A stretch of 63,340 nucleotides of DNA, filler included, from Octopus bimaculoides (Eukaryota), in NCBI RefSeq assembly GCF_001194135.2. It is 4 parts of 3 records of this genome, joined end to end, with 100 filler letters (N's around TTAATTAATTAA, not from the genome) between each part and the next. Parts side by side here need not be neighbours in the genome. Positions count along the whole stretch, not along the records: positions 55,734 to 63,340 come from NC_069005.1; 3 more parts are not named here. One strand, given 5' to 3'. The translations under genes were made by a program, and so were the position numbers. The stretch's first letter is position 1. The number at the start of each line of letters is the position of its first letter. The notes below the pieces were generated by a model. That model was not told the DNA's origin. It worked only from the letters and a program-made list of their open reading frames with translations, and made no database searches. Of this stretch, positions 61,991-63,340 are shown piece by piece.

Positions 61991-62769
61991 TCCAGGCCTT
62001 ATTACTAACATGAAATGTAATAGGAGTTGAGAGATGTCAGCCGTCTCAAACGACCAGTTGACATATGCAGAAATTGTTAGATTGTTAATACAGTTATAAG
62101 TGACGAAATTGGTGCGTGTAAGGGATTGTTAATGAAACTACGTCAGTGACGAAAATTGTGTGTGTATGTATGTGTGTGATTTTGTCGGATTGAAGTCTTT
62201 AAGTTAATGTAACATTTCAAATCCAGATTTAGGTTATGTTGTTAGTATAAATGACAGTGTGAATGCGCGATGTGATTTTACTATAGTTATTATTATTATT
62301 ATTACTTTTTTTTTCTGCTGCTGACCTTTTGACGATATTTTTACTTCAAACTACTTTACTATTTGTCTTTCTAAATTATAGTCTTTCACCAAAGCAATCT
62401 CTTCTGACCTTGTCTTGATAAATCGGCTTAAAATATGAGCAAGCATAGTTTAAAAAAGTAAAAGGGAAATATTTGCAATAACAACATGTATGTCCCAGTA
62501 TCTTTCGTTTTATTGAAATAGTTCTTTATTCTTACGAATAAAGGTTAACTTTGTTGATTTGTTTTATGCATTTGGTCGGGGAATAATATTCTTTTTTATG
62601 AGATGGTGGGGAAATTATTATTTTAATGAACGGACGAAATTCGTTCCTTCTCTTTTTTTTTCTTTCTACCTTGTTTTTTCGATTTTCGTTTTTGTGCGTC
62701 TTGTCCTGTCTTCACTTAAATTCCATTCACATCCTTGGATGCTGTACAGGAATATAAAATGGTTCTAGG

Positions 62770-62910
62770 CTTTCAATGGTCGTTTATTTTATCGACTCTG
62801 CAAAGATGAAAGGTAGAGTTGACCTCTGAGGGATTTGAACTCAGAACTTAAAGGGTCGTAATTAATACCGAACGACATTTTATTTTTGTTTGTTGCTCTA
62901 ACGATTCGGA
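62770..62910 (-). mobile_element. SINE family B, diverged
   Basis: GATGAAAGGTAGAGTTGACCTCTGAGGGATTTGAACTCAGAAC. Confidence 0.75.
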
Positions 62911-63007
62911 AAATCAAAGAAAATGCTCTTTCTTTTGATATTCCTGTGGCATATTAAAAATTCAAGTATTCTGCGTATCGGTACAGGGTCGGACTGTCTA
63001 TCAACAT

Positions 63008-63160
63008 AAGGCGGCGAGCTGGCAGAATCGTTAGCACGCAGTATTTCGGTCGTCTTTACGTTCTGAGTTCAAAATTCCGCCGAGGTCGTCTTTGTTTTTC
63101 ACCTTTCAGGGTCGATAAAATAAGTACCAGCTGAGCACTGGGGTCGATGTAATGAGCTTA
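63008..63160 (+). mobile_element. SINE family B with a short internal deletion in the head
   Basis: TAAGGCGGCGAGCTGGCAGAATCGTTAGCACGC...GAGTTCAAAATTCCGCCGAGGTCG...GGGGTCGATGTAAT. Confidence 0.9.
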
Positions 63161-63340
63161 TCAATTAGAATTATGATCAAAATTCACTGCATACGTGAGT
63201 GACTATCTTACTCCTTTTTTGTTTAAAGAAAGTAGCGTGTAATTCGAGAGAGTTATGGCTACTGTTTCTCTTAGGTCTATCAATCACATAGAAACTCCGT
63301 CTGGCCTGCACTTTCATTATATATATATATATATATATAT

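Overview
Eukaryotic, AT-rich, repeat-dominated DNA. The SINE, LINE and microsatellite content resembles an Octopus (coleoid cephalopod) draft genome; this is inference from recognising the repeat families, not a database hit. No prokaryotic genes, rRNA, true tRNA genes or CRISPR arrays are present, and no host protein-coding gene can be named. Nearly all listed ORFs are microsatellite translations, N-gap read-throughs or decayed transposon frames. Supported content: three tRNA-derived SINE families in many copies; Dong/R4-like, CR1-like, RTE and Tx1-like LINE fragments; a decayed Chapaev3 (CMC) DNA transposon; a probable Gypsy pol remnant; a 280-bp MITE-like foldback; and several Penelope-like terminal-repeat remnants. 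Three 100-bp N/TTAATTAATTAA/N linkers mark artificial scaffold joins. Most interesting signals: (1) minimal type I hammerhead-ribozyme-like motifs in four unrelated repeat families, including one in each unit of a ~467-bp direct repeat running into a gap (candidate retrozyme-like circRNA source); (2) a ~99% identical 660-bp inverted repeat pair bracketing 6.4 kb; (3) a low-confidence, phase-compatible chain of six minus-strand exon candidates, four of which lie inside that inverted repeat. All alignments and RNA folds were done by eye, and most repeat boundaries are approximate.
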